A stretch of DNA of 64,000 nucleotides from an uncultured Actinomycetes bacterium (GTDB lineage: Bacteria > Actinomycetota > Acidimicrobiia > IMCC26256 > PALSA-610), in contig CAWIFT010000006.1 of NCBI GenBank assembly GCA_963835455.1, positions 204,503-268,502 on the forward strand, read 5' to 3'. This document shows, piece by piece, positions 8,795 to 22,933 of this stretch (its first letter is position 1; each line of letters starts with the position of its first letter). The position numbers and the translations under genes are program-made. Under the pieces are notes generated by a model that had not been told where the DNA came from, ran no database searches, and saw nothing but the letters and a program-made list of their open reading frames with translations.

Positions 8795-9633
8795 TGAGCG
8801 ATTTCGACCCGCCCCGCGCGGTCGTCCGCCGCCTCGTCGAAGACGCGCTCGCCGAAGACCTCGGTGTCCTCGGCGACATCACCTCGCTCGCGTGCGTCGA
8901 CGAAGATCAGCGGGCCGAGGCCGTGTTCGTCGCCCGCGACGAAGGCGTGCTGGCCGGGACCGCGCTCGCGGCCGAGACGTTCCGGCAGCTCGACGACCGG
9001 ATCGAGGTGCAGTGGAGCGCGCACGACGGCGACCCGATCGCGCCGGGTTCTCACCTCGGCCGCGTGACCGGACCGCTGCGCGCGATCCTCACCGGTGAGC
9101 GAACCGCGCTCAACTTCATGTGTCACTGTTCGGGTGTCGCCACCACGACGCACCGTTACGTCGTGGCCGCGCACGGCAAGGCGCGCGTGCTCGACACCCG
9201 CAAGACGCTGCCCGGGCTGCGTGCGATTCAGCGGGCGGCGGTGCGCGCGGGCGGTGGGTTCAACCACCGCGACTCGCTCAGCGACGCAGTGCTCATCAAG
9301 GACAACCACGTCGCGGCGACCGGTATCGCGAAATCGATCGAACGGGCGCGCTCGGCGTGGCCGGGACGGATGATCGCAGTCGAGTGCGACGACCTCGACC
9401 AGGTCGTGGAAGCCCGCGACGCGGCCGCGGATCGGGTGCTGCTCGACAACATGACTCCGGAACTGGTTCGCCGGGCGGTCGCGCTGCTCGAAGGGGTCGC
9501 GCAGATCGAGGTCTCGGGCGGTGTCACGCTCGAGACCATCGGCGTGTACGCGGATTCGGGCGCCGACTTCGTCTCGGTCGGCGCGCTCACACACTCGGTA
9601 CCGGTGTTCGACATCGGCTTGGACATCTTGTGA
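8791..9633 (+). CDS. nadC: nicotinate-nucleotide diphosphorylase (carboxylating)
   Basis: ATG at 8791 overlaps the nadB stop. Contains GERTALNFMCHCSGVAT, DTRKTLPGLR and LIKDNH. Confidence 0.9.
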   Translation: MMSDFDPPRAVVRRLVEDALAEDLGVLGDITSLACVDEDQRAEAVFVARDEGVLAGTALAAETFRQLDDRIEVQWSAHDGDPIAPGSHLGRVTGPLRAILTGERTALNFMCHCSGVATTTHRYVVAAHGKARVLDTRKTLPGLRAIQRAAVRAGGGFNHRDSLSDAVLIKDNHVAATGIAKSIERARSAWPGRMIAVECDDLDQVVEARDAAADRVLLDNMTPELVRRAVALLEGVAQIEVSGGVTLETIGVYADSGADFVSVGALTHSVPVFDIGLDIL

Positions 9634-9649
9634 AGGTGAGGGGCCGGCC

Positions 9650-10413
9650 ATGTTGTTGACGATCGACGCCGGAAACACCCAGACCGTGGTCGGACTGTTC
9701 CGCGATGCGGAGCTCGTCGATCACTGGCGGATCGCCACGGTGGCCGAGCGGACCTCCGACGAGCTCGCGCTCATGGTGCAGCAGTTCCTCGGCTTCCACG
9801 GCTTCTCGTTCGAGAACGCGATCACCGGTGTGGCGATCTCGTCCGGTGTCCCGCGCGTCACCGCCGAACTGCGGCAGATGACGGAGCGCTACTTCGGGTT
9901 TCCGGCGCTGGTGCTCGAACCCGGGGTGCGCACCGGGATGCCCATCCTCTACGACAACCCCAAAGAGGTCGGCGCCGACCGGATCGCGAACGCGGTCGGT
10001 GCGTACGACCTCTACGGCGGCCCGTCGATCGTCGCCGACTTCGGCACCGCCACCACGATCGAAGCCGTCAGCGCGAACGGTGAATACCTCGGAGGCGCGA
10101 TCTTCCCCGGTGTGGAGATCTCGATGGACGCGCTCTTCGGGCGCGCGGCCGGACTCCGGCGCGTCGAGCTCGTCGAGCCCAAGCACGTGATCGGGAAATC
10201 ATCGGCGGAGTCGATCCAGTCGGGCATGATCTACGGGTTCAGCGCGCAGGTCGACGGTCTCGTCGATCGTTTCGTCGCCGAGCTCGGTCCGTGTGAGGTC
10301 ATCGCAACCGGTGGTCTCGCCGAACCGATCATCCCGCATTCGCGTACCGTGCAGCACTACGAGCCGTGGCTCACGCTGTTCGGCCTGCGGATCATCTTCG
10401 AACGGAATCACTG

Positions 10414-10414
<1 letters not shown>
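9650..10414 (+). CDS. coaX: type III pantothenate kinase
   Basis: ATG at 9650. Contains MLLTIDAGNTQTVVGLF, DFGTATT and GGLA. Confidence 0.9.
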
Positions 10415-11891
<1,477 letters not shown>

Positions 11892-11895
<4 letters not shown>

Positions 11896-12863
11896 CCACC
11901 CGAGTGCTCGTGACGGGAATGGGCGGTGAGCTCGGTACCCGCGTCGCGCAGCTGATCGAGGCGCGCGAGTGGGCGACCGAGATCGTCGGCGTCGACTTCG
12001 TTCCGCCGCGTCGGCGGCTGCGCCGCGCCCAGTTCCGGCGGATCGACCCGCGCGACGGCGACCGGCTCGCCGCGTTCGTCGAGGAGTACGCGCCGCACGT
12101 CGTCGCGCACTTCGGTGTGTACGAACCTGCCTCCCGGATGACGCCGGCGTCGGCGCGCGAACGCACCGACTCCTGCACGTCCGCGACCCTCGCCGCGGCT
12201 TCGTGCACGGGTGCCCTCGAATACGTCGTGCTGCGCAGCGGGCTCGAGGTCTACGGACCGCCGAGCGCACGGGTCTCGGTTCCCGACGAGGACGCGGTGC
12301 CCGCCCCGACCACGCCGTACGGCCGCTCGTTGCTCTCCGTGGAGGCGGCCGCCAAAGGTGTCGCGCTGCGGTGCGGCGTACCGGTCGGCGCGCTCCGGTA
12401 CGCGCCGGTGCTCGGCTCGCACGTGCCGAGCCCGTTGGGCCGGCTGCTCCGCCTTCCGGTCGTTCCGGTGAGCGCGCTCTCCGATCCGCCGTTCTCCGTC
12501 CTGCACCCGGACGACGCCGCGCTCGCCATGGTCGTCGCGATCGAGAAGCGCCTCGACGGTCCGTGCAACGTCGTCGGTCCCGGGGCCGCGACCCCGTGGC
12601 AGGCCGCGCGGCTCGGCGGGCGCGTCCCGCTGCCCGTGCTTCCCGGTCTGTGGGGCGCGGTCGGGCGCGCGTCCGAAGTCGCCGGGGCCGCGCTGGCCGA
12701 GCACGTGGTGGATCTCATCCGCCACGGCTGCACGGGCGACGGCAGCCGGGCGCGCGACGAGCTCGGCCTCACCAGCCTCACGCCGACCCAGGACGTGCTG
12801 CGCGAGCTCTTCGATTGGGCCGACGTCGTCGCCATCGCGCGCGCCGGCGAGCAGGCCGCATGA
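11892..12863 (+). CDS. NAD-dependent epimerase/dehydratase family protein
   Basis: GTG at 11892 overlaps the lysS stop. VLVTGMGGELGTRV is a Rossmann motif. 323 aa. Confidence 0.6.
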
Positions 12864-13549
12864 CCGCCGAAGTCGCCCACGCCCATCGGCGCGAGGTGCT
12901 CGACGCCGACCGGGTCGTCGCGCCCGAGCCGATCTGGACCGCGCTGCGACGCCGGCTGTCGGGCCGGTATCCGGTCGATCCCTTCGGCCTCGACCCGCAG
13001 CTCGCCGATCTGTGCGTGCCCGCGTTCGAAGCCGCGATCCGCGTCCGGCTCGCCGGCGGCGAACACGTCCCGGTCACCGGTCCCACCGTCATCGTCTCGA
13101 ACCGTGGCTTCGGCGTGGCGGAGCCCGCGGCGCTCGGCGTCGCCGTGCAACGCGCGAGCGGTCGGCGTCTCCGCATCGTCGGCGCGCCCGATCTGCCGGT
13201 GCTGCGTACGGTGACGCGTCGCCTCGGTGCGATCTCGAGCAGCGGTCCCGATGTCGCGTCGGCGTTGCGCGCCGGCCACCTCGTCGGGATTCCGCTCGCG
13301 CCGACGTGGCTGCGCACGGGCGCGGGCGATGCTCCGCTCGAGGTTGCGCGCGCACTCACGCTGGCACCGATCGTCCCCGCCGCCGTCCGCGCCGTCGGCC
13401 GCTTCGGCGCCGTGCTCGGATCGTGGGAGGTCACGTTCGGGCCGATGGTCACGTTGCGCGACCCGTACGACCCGACGGACCCGCTGGCCGCAGCCCGCTT
13501 CACCGAAGCGATGCGGCGCGCGGTCGGTGCTCTCCTCGACGCGACCTGA
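12860..13549 (+). CDS. lysophospholipid acyltransferase-like protein (HX4D motif not evident)
   Basis: ATG at 12860 overlaps the previous stop. 229 aa. VIVSNRGFGVAEP sits where PlsC-type enzymes have NHxSxxD. The assignment is tentative. Confidence 0.4.
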   Translation: MTAEVAHAHRREVLDADRVVAPEPIWTALRRRLSGRYPVDPFGLDPQLADLCVPAFEAAIRVRLAGGEHVPVTGPTVIVSNRGFGVAEPAALGVAVQRASGRRLRIVGAPDLPVLRTVTRRLGAISSSGPDVASALRAGHLVGIPLAPTWLRTGAGDAPLEVARALTLAPIVPAAVRAVGRFGAVLGSWEVTFGPMVTLRDPYDPTDPLAAARFTEAMRRAVGALLDAT

Positions 13550-13568
13550 GCACCGGTAACCTCGAGCG

Positions 13569-14408
13569 ATGTCGGCGACGGTTACCGACGATGGCACCGA
13601 GATCGCGTACAGCGCGTGGGGTCGCCGCGACGGTTCGCCCGTCCTGATGATCCAGGGGCTCGGCGTGGATCATCGCGGCTGGGCCCTGCAACGCGGCGCA
13701 TTCGGTCGTCGTCACCGTTGCATCGCACCCGACAACCGCGGCACCGGGCACTCGGACGCGCCGCCGGGCCCGTACGACCTCGTCGCCATGGCGGCCGACG
13801 CCGTCGCGGTGCTGGACGCCGTGGGCATCGAGCGGGCGCACGTCGTCGGCGCGTCCATGGGCGGCGTGATCGCGCAGATCATCGGGGTGATGCATCCCGA
13901 TCGGGTGCGGTCGCTCACGCTCGCGTGCACCGCGTGTCAGCACCACGAGTGGCGCCGCGAGTTGCTCGCGGAATGGGCCGACGTGGTGAACCGCAAGGGG
14001 ATGCAGGGCCTCATGGACGATGCCATGCGGTGGATGATCGGTCCCCGCCTCCACCGCCGTTTCGGCGTGTTCGTGAACGTCCTGGCGCGGGTGCTCGTGC
14101 AGACGAAGCCGCACGCGTTCGTCGCGCAGGTCGAGGCGATTCTCAACCTCAGTGACGAGCTGCGTTTCGCGCTCCCGCAGGTCACCGCGCCGACGCTCGT
14201 CGTCACCGGCTCGCAGGACACGCTCACACCGCTCGGCGACGCCGAGGAGTTGGCGGAGCTGATCACCACGTCGCGGCTCTACGTCATGCGCGGCGCGGCG
14301 CACGGCCTGATGGCCGAAGCCCCGAACGCGTTCAACGACGTCGTGCTCACGTTCCTCGACGAGATCGACCGCGCCGCCCTGGGCGGCACGGCGCAGGAGT
14401 CGGCCTAG
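13569..14408 (+). CDS. alpha/beta hydrolase
   Basis: 279 aa with nucleophile elbow VVGASMGG, plus DNRGTGHSD and a late GAAHGL. Confidence 0.8.
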   Translation: MSATVTDDGTEIAYSAWGRRDGSPVLMIQGLGVDHRGWALQRGAFGRRHRCIAPDNRGTGHSDAPPGPYDLVAMAADAVAVLDAVGIERAHVVGASMGGVIAQIIGVMHPDRVRSLTLACTACQHHEWRRELLAEWADVVNRKGMQGLMDDAMRWMIGPRLHRRFGVFVNVLARVLVQTKPHAFVAQVEAILNLSDELRFALPQVTAPTLVVTGSQDTLTPLGDAEELAELITTSRLYVMRGAAHGLMAEAPNAFNDVVLTFLDEIDRAALGGTAQESA

Positions 14409-14420
14409 CCCACGCGTCCG

Positions 14421-14825
14421 TCAGGCGTCGACCGGCGCGGGTGGGCGCAGGTGGTGCTCGCGCCACCAGGTGATCTTGTCGGCGTGGAACGCGCACACCG
14501 ACAATCCGCGCCAGCCGAGCACGACGTCGTCGTCACGGCGGCGGGCCCGGATCGTCCAATCGGACAGCGCGACGTTCGCCCCGTCCACAGCGGCCTCCTC
14601 GAATGCGAGGTGGTGCACGTCGAACGCAACCGGTTCCGCCCACGCGAACCCGGCTTTCACCAACTTGCGGTAGCGGTCCTTGCCGACGATGCGGTCGGTC
14701 GGCAGCTCGATGACGAGATCGTCCGCCCAGCAGTCCATGTACGCGTCGAGGTCGGCGGCCAGCCACGTGTCGACCCGGTGCATGAACGCCGCCCGGAGCG
14801 ACTCGATCTCCGGACGGGACGCCAA
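14421..14825 (-). CDS. SnoaL-like / NTF2-fold protein
   Basis: 134-aa ORF with NTF2-like length and composition (FMHRVDTWLAADLDAYMDCWADDL). Assignment is by resemblance only. Confidence 0.45.
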   Translation of the reverse strand: MASRPEIESLRAAFMHRVDTWLAADLDAYMDCWADDLVIELPTDRIVGKDRYRKLVKAGFAWAEPVAFDVHHLAFEEAAVDGANVALSDWTIRARRRDDDVVLGWRGLSVCAFHADKITWWREHHLRPPAPVDA

Positions 14826-14829
14826 CGGC

Positions 14830-15807
14830 TCAGCTCGATCGCTGCACGAGCCCGTCGACGAGCGTGCGCAGACGATCGCACACCCCGGGATCGAGCTCGG
14901 TCGCGCCCGCGAGCGCCTCGGACGCCTTCGTCGCGTGCGTGCGGGCGACGGCCATCGACGCGTCGATGACGTCCGGGACGGCGATGAGCTCGACCGCCCG
15001 GGTGACCTGCGACCACTCGAGCTTGCGGCCGAGCAGCGCCGACAGCTCTTCGGACCGGGAGATCGCGTAGATCACGGGCAGCGTGTAGACGCCTTCGTGC
15101 ACGTCGTTGCCGGCCGGTTTGCCGAGCTCGGCCTCGGTGCCGGTGACGTCGAGGACGTCGTCGACCACCTGGAAGCACATGCCGAGGTGATGGCCGAACT
15201 GCGTGAGCGCGTCGAGGCTGTCCGCCGACACGTTGCTCACCATCGCCCCGATGTGGGATGCGGTCGCCATCAGCGACGCGGTCTTGCCTTCGATGGACGA
15301 GAGGTACGACTCCTCCGAGCGGGTGACGTCGAACAGGTGTTGGAGCTCCAACACCTGGCCGCGACACAGCTCACCGATCGTCGCCGCCAACAACGCGGCG
15401 ACGTCCGCGCCCAGCGAAGCCGCGAGCGACGACGCCTGGGCGAGCAGATAGTCGCCCGCGAGGATCGCGACGATGTTCGACCAGCGCGCGTTGACCGACG
15501 GCACACCGCGCCGGGTCTCGGCCTCGTCGATCACGTCGTCGTGATACAGCGAGCCCAGGTGGACCAACTCGACCGCGGCGCCCCCGGTGACGACCTCGGG
15601 TGTGGCCGGCCCGCCGCTGCCCGCCGCCGCGTATCCCGCGCACAGTGACAGCGTCGGCCGCAGTCGCTTTCCGCCCGCGGCCAACAGGTGTCCGGCGAGA
15701 TCGCCCAGGAACTGGTCGTCCGACCGGACGGCGTCGTTCAGCCGTTCTTCGACGCGTACGAGGTCGGCGGGGAGCGGGGCCAGCCCGACGTCATCGATCA
15801 GCGACAC
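14830..15807 (-). CDS. polyprenyl diphosphate synthase
   Basis: The GTG start at 15807 gives 325 aa. Both aspartate-rich motifs are present (LYHDDVIDE and QVVDDVLD). The rest of ORF 14830..16137 upstream of the GTG looks non-coding. Confidence 0.85.
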   Translation of the reverse strand: MSLIDDVGLAPLPADLVRVEERLNDAVRSDDQFLGDLAGHLLAAGGKRLRPTLSLCAGYAAAGSGGPATPEVVTGGAAVELVHLGSLYHDDVIDEAETRRGVPSVNARWSNIVAILAGDYLLAQASSLAASLGADVAALLAATIGELCRGQVLELQHLFDVTRSEESYLSSIEGKTASLMATASHIGAMVSNVSADSLDALTQFGHHLGMCFQVVDDVLDVTGTEAELGKPAGNDVHEGVYTLPVIYAISRSEELSALLGRKLEWSQVTRAVELIAVPDVIDASMAVARTHATKASEALAGATELDPGVCDRLRTLVDGLVQRSS

Positions 15808-16060
15808 GGGACGGAGGCTAGGACCGGCGCCGGGAGGCGGTCGATTCGTGACGGTTGGGAATGATCCGTGCTGCGCGGGCGTAGACAAGGGGCTACAACG
15901 AAGTTCACGGAGCCGACAGCACCGACAACAACCATCCGGAGCCCCACCCGGCGACGGAAACGTGTCTGAAACATCAGTGATCGACCCGTCCGGGCGCCAA
16001 AGAAGCGCCCGGATCGGCCGATAGAATGAGACAACCAGGCCCACCGAGAGGCGGTTCATT

Positions 16061-18575
<2,515 letters not shown>

Positions 18576-18615
18576 CGACTCGGACCCGCGTCTCAACCGC
18601 CGATCATCGACTGTT

Positions 18616-19400
18616 GTGACGCGGGTCCGGCGTCTGAGCGTTCTCGTCGGGCTGGTGATCGCGCTCGCGGGTTGCAACGTCAACGCGCGCTTCGACATCA
18701 CGATGCGCGAGGACGGCACGGGGACCGTCCGGACCACGATCACCGTGGACTCCGACGCCGTGCAACGTCTCGGTGGGCCGACCACGTTCGCGCAGACCAT
18801 TCCGCTCGACGACCTGCGCGCCGCGGGGTGGACCGTGTCGTCGTGGAAGCGCGGTGACGGCGGGACGGAGACGATCCAGCTGTCGCATCCGTTCGTGGAC
18901 CAGGCCGACCTCGGGCGCCGCATCGTCGACCTCGCGGGACCGAACGGCATCCTGCAAAAGCCCGCGCTGACCCATGATCGCGGTTGGTTCAGCTCGCGCT
19001 ACGCGCTCGGTCTGGTCGTCGACGTCCGCTCGCCGTCGGTCGACATCGTGCACGACGCCGCGCTCTCGAGCCGGCTCCGGGCCGCGGGCGTCGATCCCGC
19101 GTTGTTGCAGGCTCAGCTCGCGGTGGAGCTCAAGTCCGCGCTCCACGTCAGCGTGGTCGTGCATCTCCCGGGCGGGGCGACGCACACCTATGACGCGGCC
19201 ACGGGCACGGTGCAGACCTTCCGGGCGACGAGCGGCGGGACCAACTGGGATCACATCGTGAAGTTCGGTATCGGGTTGGCACTGGCGTTGCTCGCGGGCA
19301 TGTTCTTCCTCGCGGCCGGCGTCGGCGTGCGTCGCAACCGCCGGCGCGCCTCGGAACGGGTGGACCGCGCCCCCGACCCGAACGCACGCCCCTCATGTAA
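18616..19400 (+). pseudogene. LppM/DUF3153-like lipoprotein with C-terminal TM anchor; no in-frame stop
   Basis: Signal peptide and lipobox LVIALAGC. A C-terminal helix IVKFGIGLALALLAGMFFLAAGVGV is followed by RRNRRR. The frame then runs on to 20994 across radA. A TAA in the -1 frame at 19398-19400 abuts the repeat element. Confidence 0.6.
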
Positions 19401-19504
19401 CCCACCAACAGTTGGCGGAGTTATCACCGCCATGCGTTGTTTTCTCCGACAACAGTTGGTGGAGTTGTCGGCGCCATGCGTTGTTTTCTCCGACAACGTG
19501 GAGG
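19401..19504 (+). repeat. palindromic intergenic element, copy 2, with internal 44-bp tandem duplication
   Basis: Sequence is CCACCAACAGTTGGCGGAG-TTATCACCGCCATGCGTTGTTTT-CTCCGACAACAGTTGGTGGAG, then a second GTTGTCGGCGCCATGCGTTGTTTTCTCCGACAAC unit. Confidence 0.8.
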
Positions 19505-19543
19505 TGCCGCGCCGGTGTCACACGCCGCGGCTACGGTCTGGCC

Positions 19544-20914
19544 ATGACCCGAACATCTGTTCGACCGCCTGTGTACGTGTGCGCCACCTGCGGCTACGAG
19601 TCGGCCAAGTGGCTCGGGCGCTGCACCGAGTGCGGCACGTGGGGCTCGGTGGCGGAATCGGCGCCGGCGCTGCGGGCGGCGCCCGGAGGACGACGGTCGG
19701 TCTCGTTGCGGAGCGTGCCCACGCCGATCGCCCAGGTGGAGACGGCGGGGGCCTCGCATCTGTCGACGGAGGTTCCCGAGCTCGACCGGGTCCTGGGCGG
19801 GGGCCTGGTCGCGGGCTCGGTCACCCTCATCGGCGGCGAGCCCGGGATGGGCAAGAGCACGCTGTTGATGCAGGCGCTCGGGAGCATCGCGGCGCGCGGG
19901 GCCCGGTGCCTGTTGGTGTGCGCCGAGGAGTCGGCCGCGCAGGTGCGGATGCGGGCCGACCGGCTGGGCGCGCTCGCGCCCGAGTTGTACGTCGTGTCGG
20001 AAACGTCGCTGCCCGCGGTCGTCGCGTCCGTCGCCACGCTCGAGCCGGTCGTGCTCGCCATCGACTCGATCCAGGCGGTCCACGATCCGGATGCGCCGGG
20101 CGCGGCCGGTTCGGTCGCCCAGGTACGCGACGGCGCGCAGGAACTCGTCCGCATCGCGAAGGAGAACGACATCGCGACGGTGCTGGTCGGGCACGTCACC
20201 AAGGACGGCGGGCTGGCGGGGCCGCGGGCACTCGAGCACGTCGTCGACACGGTGCTCTCGTTCGAGGGCGATCGTCACCACGCGCTGCGGATGTTGCGCG
20301 CGTTGAAGCACCGCTTCGGCGCCACCGACGAGCTCGGGCTCATGGAGATGACCGCGGGTGGGCTGCTTCCGGTCTCCGACCCGAGCGCGCTGTTTCTCGC
20401 CGACCGGCGGGCGGGCGCGACGGGCTCGGTGGTCACCGCGGTCATGGAAGGGACGCGGCCGCTGTGTGTCGAGGTCCAGGCGCTCGTCGCGCCGACGGGC
20501 GCGCCGATCCCGCGGCGGACGGCGCAGGCCTTCGAGGGCAACCGCCTGGCGATGCTCGTCGCGGTCCTGCAGCAGCGCGCCCACATCGGCCTGGCGAGTC
20601 ACGACGTGTACGCGAGTGTCGCGGGCGGCGTGCGCGTCGCCGAACCGGCCGCCGACCTCGCGGTCGCGCTTGCGATCGCCGGCGCACAGAACGACTGGGC
20701 GATCGCGGCCGACACGATCGTGCTCGGCGAGATCGGACTGGGCGGCGAGATCCGTCAGGTCCCCCAGGCGGCGCGGCGGCTGACCGAAGCACTGCGGCTC
20801 GGCTTTCGGAACGCGATCGTGCCACTCTCCACGCCCGACGTCACGGGCGTCACGCTGCGGCGGGTCGCCGATCTCCGGGAGGCGCTGGCCGCGGCCACGT
20901 CCGGCGCGGGGTAG
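19544..20914 (+). CDS. radA: DNA repair protein RadA
   Basis: ATG at 19544. Zinc ribbon CATCGYESAKWLGRCTECGTWGS, Walker A GEPGMGKST, and a Lon-like C-terminal domain. Confidence 0.92.
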   Translation: MTRTSVRPPVYVCATCGYESAKWLGRCTECGTWGSVAESAPALRAAPGGRRSVSLRSVPTPIAQVETAGASHLSTEVPELDRVLGGGLVAGSVTLIGGEPGMGKSTLLMQALGSIAARGARCLLVCAEESAAQVRMRADRLGALAPELYVVSETSLPAVVASVATLEPVVLAIDSIQAVHDPDAPGAAGSVAQVRDGAQELVRIAKENDIATVLVGHVTKDGGLAGPRALEHVVDTVLSFEGDRHHALRMLRALKHRFGATDELGLMEMTAGGLLPVSDPSALFLADRRAGATGSVVTAVMEGTRPLCVEVQALVAPTGAPIPRRTAQAFEGNRLAMLVAVLQQRAHIGLASHDVYASVAGGVRVAEPAADLAVALAIAGAQNDWAIAADTIVLGEIGLGGEIRQVPQAARRLTEALRLGFRNAIVPLSTPDVTGVTLRRVADLREALAAATSGAG

Positions 20915-20945
20915 CCTCGGATTCGGTTCCGACCGGGAGGATCTG

Positions 20946-22016
20946 TTGGCGCAGGGCCGATCGGAAGTTCTCTACTCCGCGTTGCGACTCGTAGCGCCGG
21001 GTACCCCGTTGCGAGAAGGAATCGACCGCATCCTCCAGGCGAAGATGGGCGCGCTCATCGTCGTCGGCGACGGGCCCGCGGTCTTGAACATCTGCTCGGG
21101 CGGGTTCCTGCTCGACGCGGAGTTCACGCCCCAACGGCTGTCGGAGCTGGCCAAGATGGACGGCGCGATCATCCTCGCGTCGGACGGCACCCGGGTCGCG
21201 CGCGCGAACGTGCACCTCGTTCCCGATCCCGACATCCCGACGAACGAGACCGGGACGCGGCACCGCACCGCGGAGCGGGTCGCACGGCAGATCTCGGTCC
21301 CGGTCATCACCGTGTCCGAGGAGATGGGCGTGGTGTCGGTCCACTACCAGGGCAACAAGCAGACGCTCGACCGGATCCCCCGGGTCCTGGCCCGCGCCGA
21401 TCAGGCGTTGCAGATCCTCGGGCGTTACAAGTCGCGGCTCGACGGCGTGACCAGCGCGTTGTCCGCGCTCGAGGTCGAAGACCTCGTGACCGTGCGGGAC
21501 GTCGTCACGGTGCTGCAGCGCGCGGAGATGGTGCGCCGCATCGCGGAGGAGATCGAGGGCTACGTCGTGGAGCTCGGTCTCGACGGCCGGCTCGTCGAGC
21601 TGCAGCTCGAAGAGCTGACGGGTGGTGTGCTCGCCGATCTGCGCCTCGTCGGCAAGGACTACTTCGTCGAGTCGCCCGAGTGGATGCTCCTGCAGGTCAC
21701 GACGCGCCTCGCACACATCTCCGACGACGAGCTGCTCGACCTGCGCGTCGTCTCGTCCGTCCTGCACCTGCCGCCCGAGCTGGATCTCGACTCGTCGCTG
21801 CAGCCGCGCGGCTACCGGTTGCTCAGCAAGATTCCGAGACTTCCCGAAACGATCGCCGGTCATGTGATCGAGCGGTTCGGCACCTTGCCCAAGGTGATGC
21901 GCGCGAGCCTCTCCGATCTCGTCGAGGTCGAAGGTGTCGGCGAAGCGCGCGCCCGCGCGATCAAGGACGGGCTCTCGCGCGTCGCGGAGACGTCGATCCT
22001 CGATCGCTACGCGTGA
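20946..22016 (+). CDS. disA: DNA integrity scanning protein DisA (diadenylate cyclase)
   Basis: 356 aa. The DAC domain has GALIVVGD, DGAIIL and GTRHRTAERV. A C-terminal HhH region has LVEVEGVGEARARAI. Confidence 0.9.
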   Translation: MAQGRSEVLYSALRLVAPGTPLREGIDRILQAKMGALIVVGDGPAVLNICSGGFLLDAEFTPQRLSELAKMDGAIILASDGTRVARANVHLVPDPDIPTNETGTRHRTAERVARQISVPVITVSEEMGVVSVHYQGNKQTLDRIPRVLARADQALQILGRYKSRLDGVTSALSALEVEDLVTVRDVVTVLQRAEMVRRIAEEIEGYVVELGLDGRLVELQLEELTGGVLADLRLVGKDYFVESPEWMLLQVTTRLAHISDDELLDLRVVSSVLHLPPELDLDSSLQPRGYRLLSKIPRLPETIAGHVIERFGTLPKVMRASLSDLVEVEGVGEARARAIKDGLSRVAETSILDRYA

Positions 22017-22046
22017 CCCGTATCTCCCCGCGGTAGCTTCTGCCGC

Positions 22047-22784
22047 ATGGCAGCACTCCGCGAAGGTCCGGTCTACGACGTGTCGGTCGAGTCCAATCCG
22101 CTCGTCGTCGACGGGCTCGAGGTCGCGGCGTTCCACGCGCGCCCCGACGGGATGCCGACCGCGGGGCTGGTCCTGCATCCCGATATCGGCGGACTTCGCC
22201 CGTTGTTCGAGGACATGGCGCGCCGCCTCGCCACGCACGGCCTGGCCGTCTGCGCGATCGAACCGTTCGCGAGCCAGCCGCAGTCGGAGCTCGGCACGAT
22301 CGAGGCCCGCATGGCGCGGGTCGCCGACCTCGACGACTCGCAACAGATGGACATGCTGGCCGCCGCCGCAGACCTGCTGGTCGTCGAAGACGACGTCTCG
22401 CGCGTCTCGGTGCTCGGCTTCTGCATGGGCGGCCACTACGCGTTCAAGGCCGCGTCGATCGACCGCTTCGACGCCGCGGTCGCGTTCTACGGCATGGTGC
22501 GCGCCCCCGAGGCGTGGAACGGGCCCGGCCATCGCATCGAACCGTTGGAGGTCGCCGCCCAGATGGCGCCGACACTGGCGTTCTTCGGGTCGAACGATCC
22601 GTTCACACCCGCCGCCGACATCGACGCGCTGCGCTTCGCGTGGAGCGGTCGGAGCGATTGCGAGATCGTCGTCGTCGAAGACGCCGAACACGGCTTCGTC
22701 CACGACCCGGACCGGGACGCCCACAAGCCGGAAGCCGCAGCCGCGGCGTGGGAGCAGGCCCTGGAGTGGGTCGGCGGGAAGTAG
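22047..22784 (+). CDS. dienelactone hydrolase family protein
   Basis: 245 aa with the nucleophile context GFCMGG and a C-terminal EHGF. Confidence 0.7.
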   Translation: MAALREGPVYDVSVESNPLVVDGLEVAAFHARPDGMPTAGLVLHPDIGGLRPLFEDMARRLATHGLAVCAIEPFASQPQSELGTIEARMARVADLDDSQQMDMLAAAADLLVVEDDVSRVSVLGFCMGGHYAFKAASIDRFDAAVAFYGMVRAPEAWNGPGHRIEPLEVAAQMAPTLAFFGSNDPFTPAADIDALRFAWSGRSDCEIVVVEDAEHGFVHDPDRDAHKPEAAAAAWEQALEWVGGK

Positions 22785-22933
22785 AGAGCGCGCCGTACGC
22801 CGCGAGCCACCGGGCACGCCGCGGCGAAGGGAGCGGGCCCGAGGCCGCGAGATGCGGCGAGCAGCGCGAAGGGCGCAGCGCGAGCGAGCTCGCTCGCCGG
22901 AGTCAGGCTCGTTCTCGCAATCGCGAGCGAAGC

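Noticed and set aside
15990-16012. ClgR operator upstream of clpC.
   Set aside because: The palindrome has CGC-N7-GCG spacing, whereas the ClgR consensus as I recall it has CGC-N5-GCG. I keep it only as an unexplained hairpin.
18616-20994. A 792-aa ORF.
   Set aside because: Only the first 260 or so codons look like a protein. The remainder crosses the repeat element and overlaps radA out of frame.
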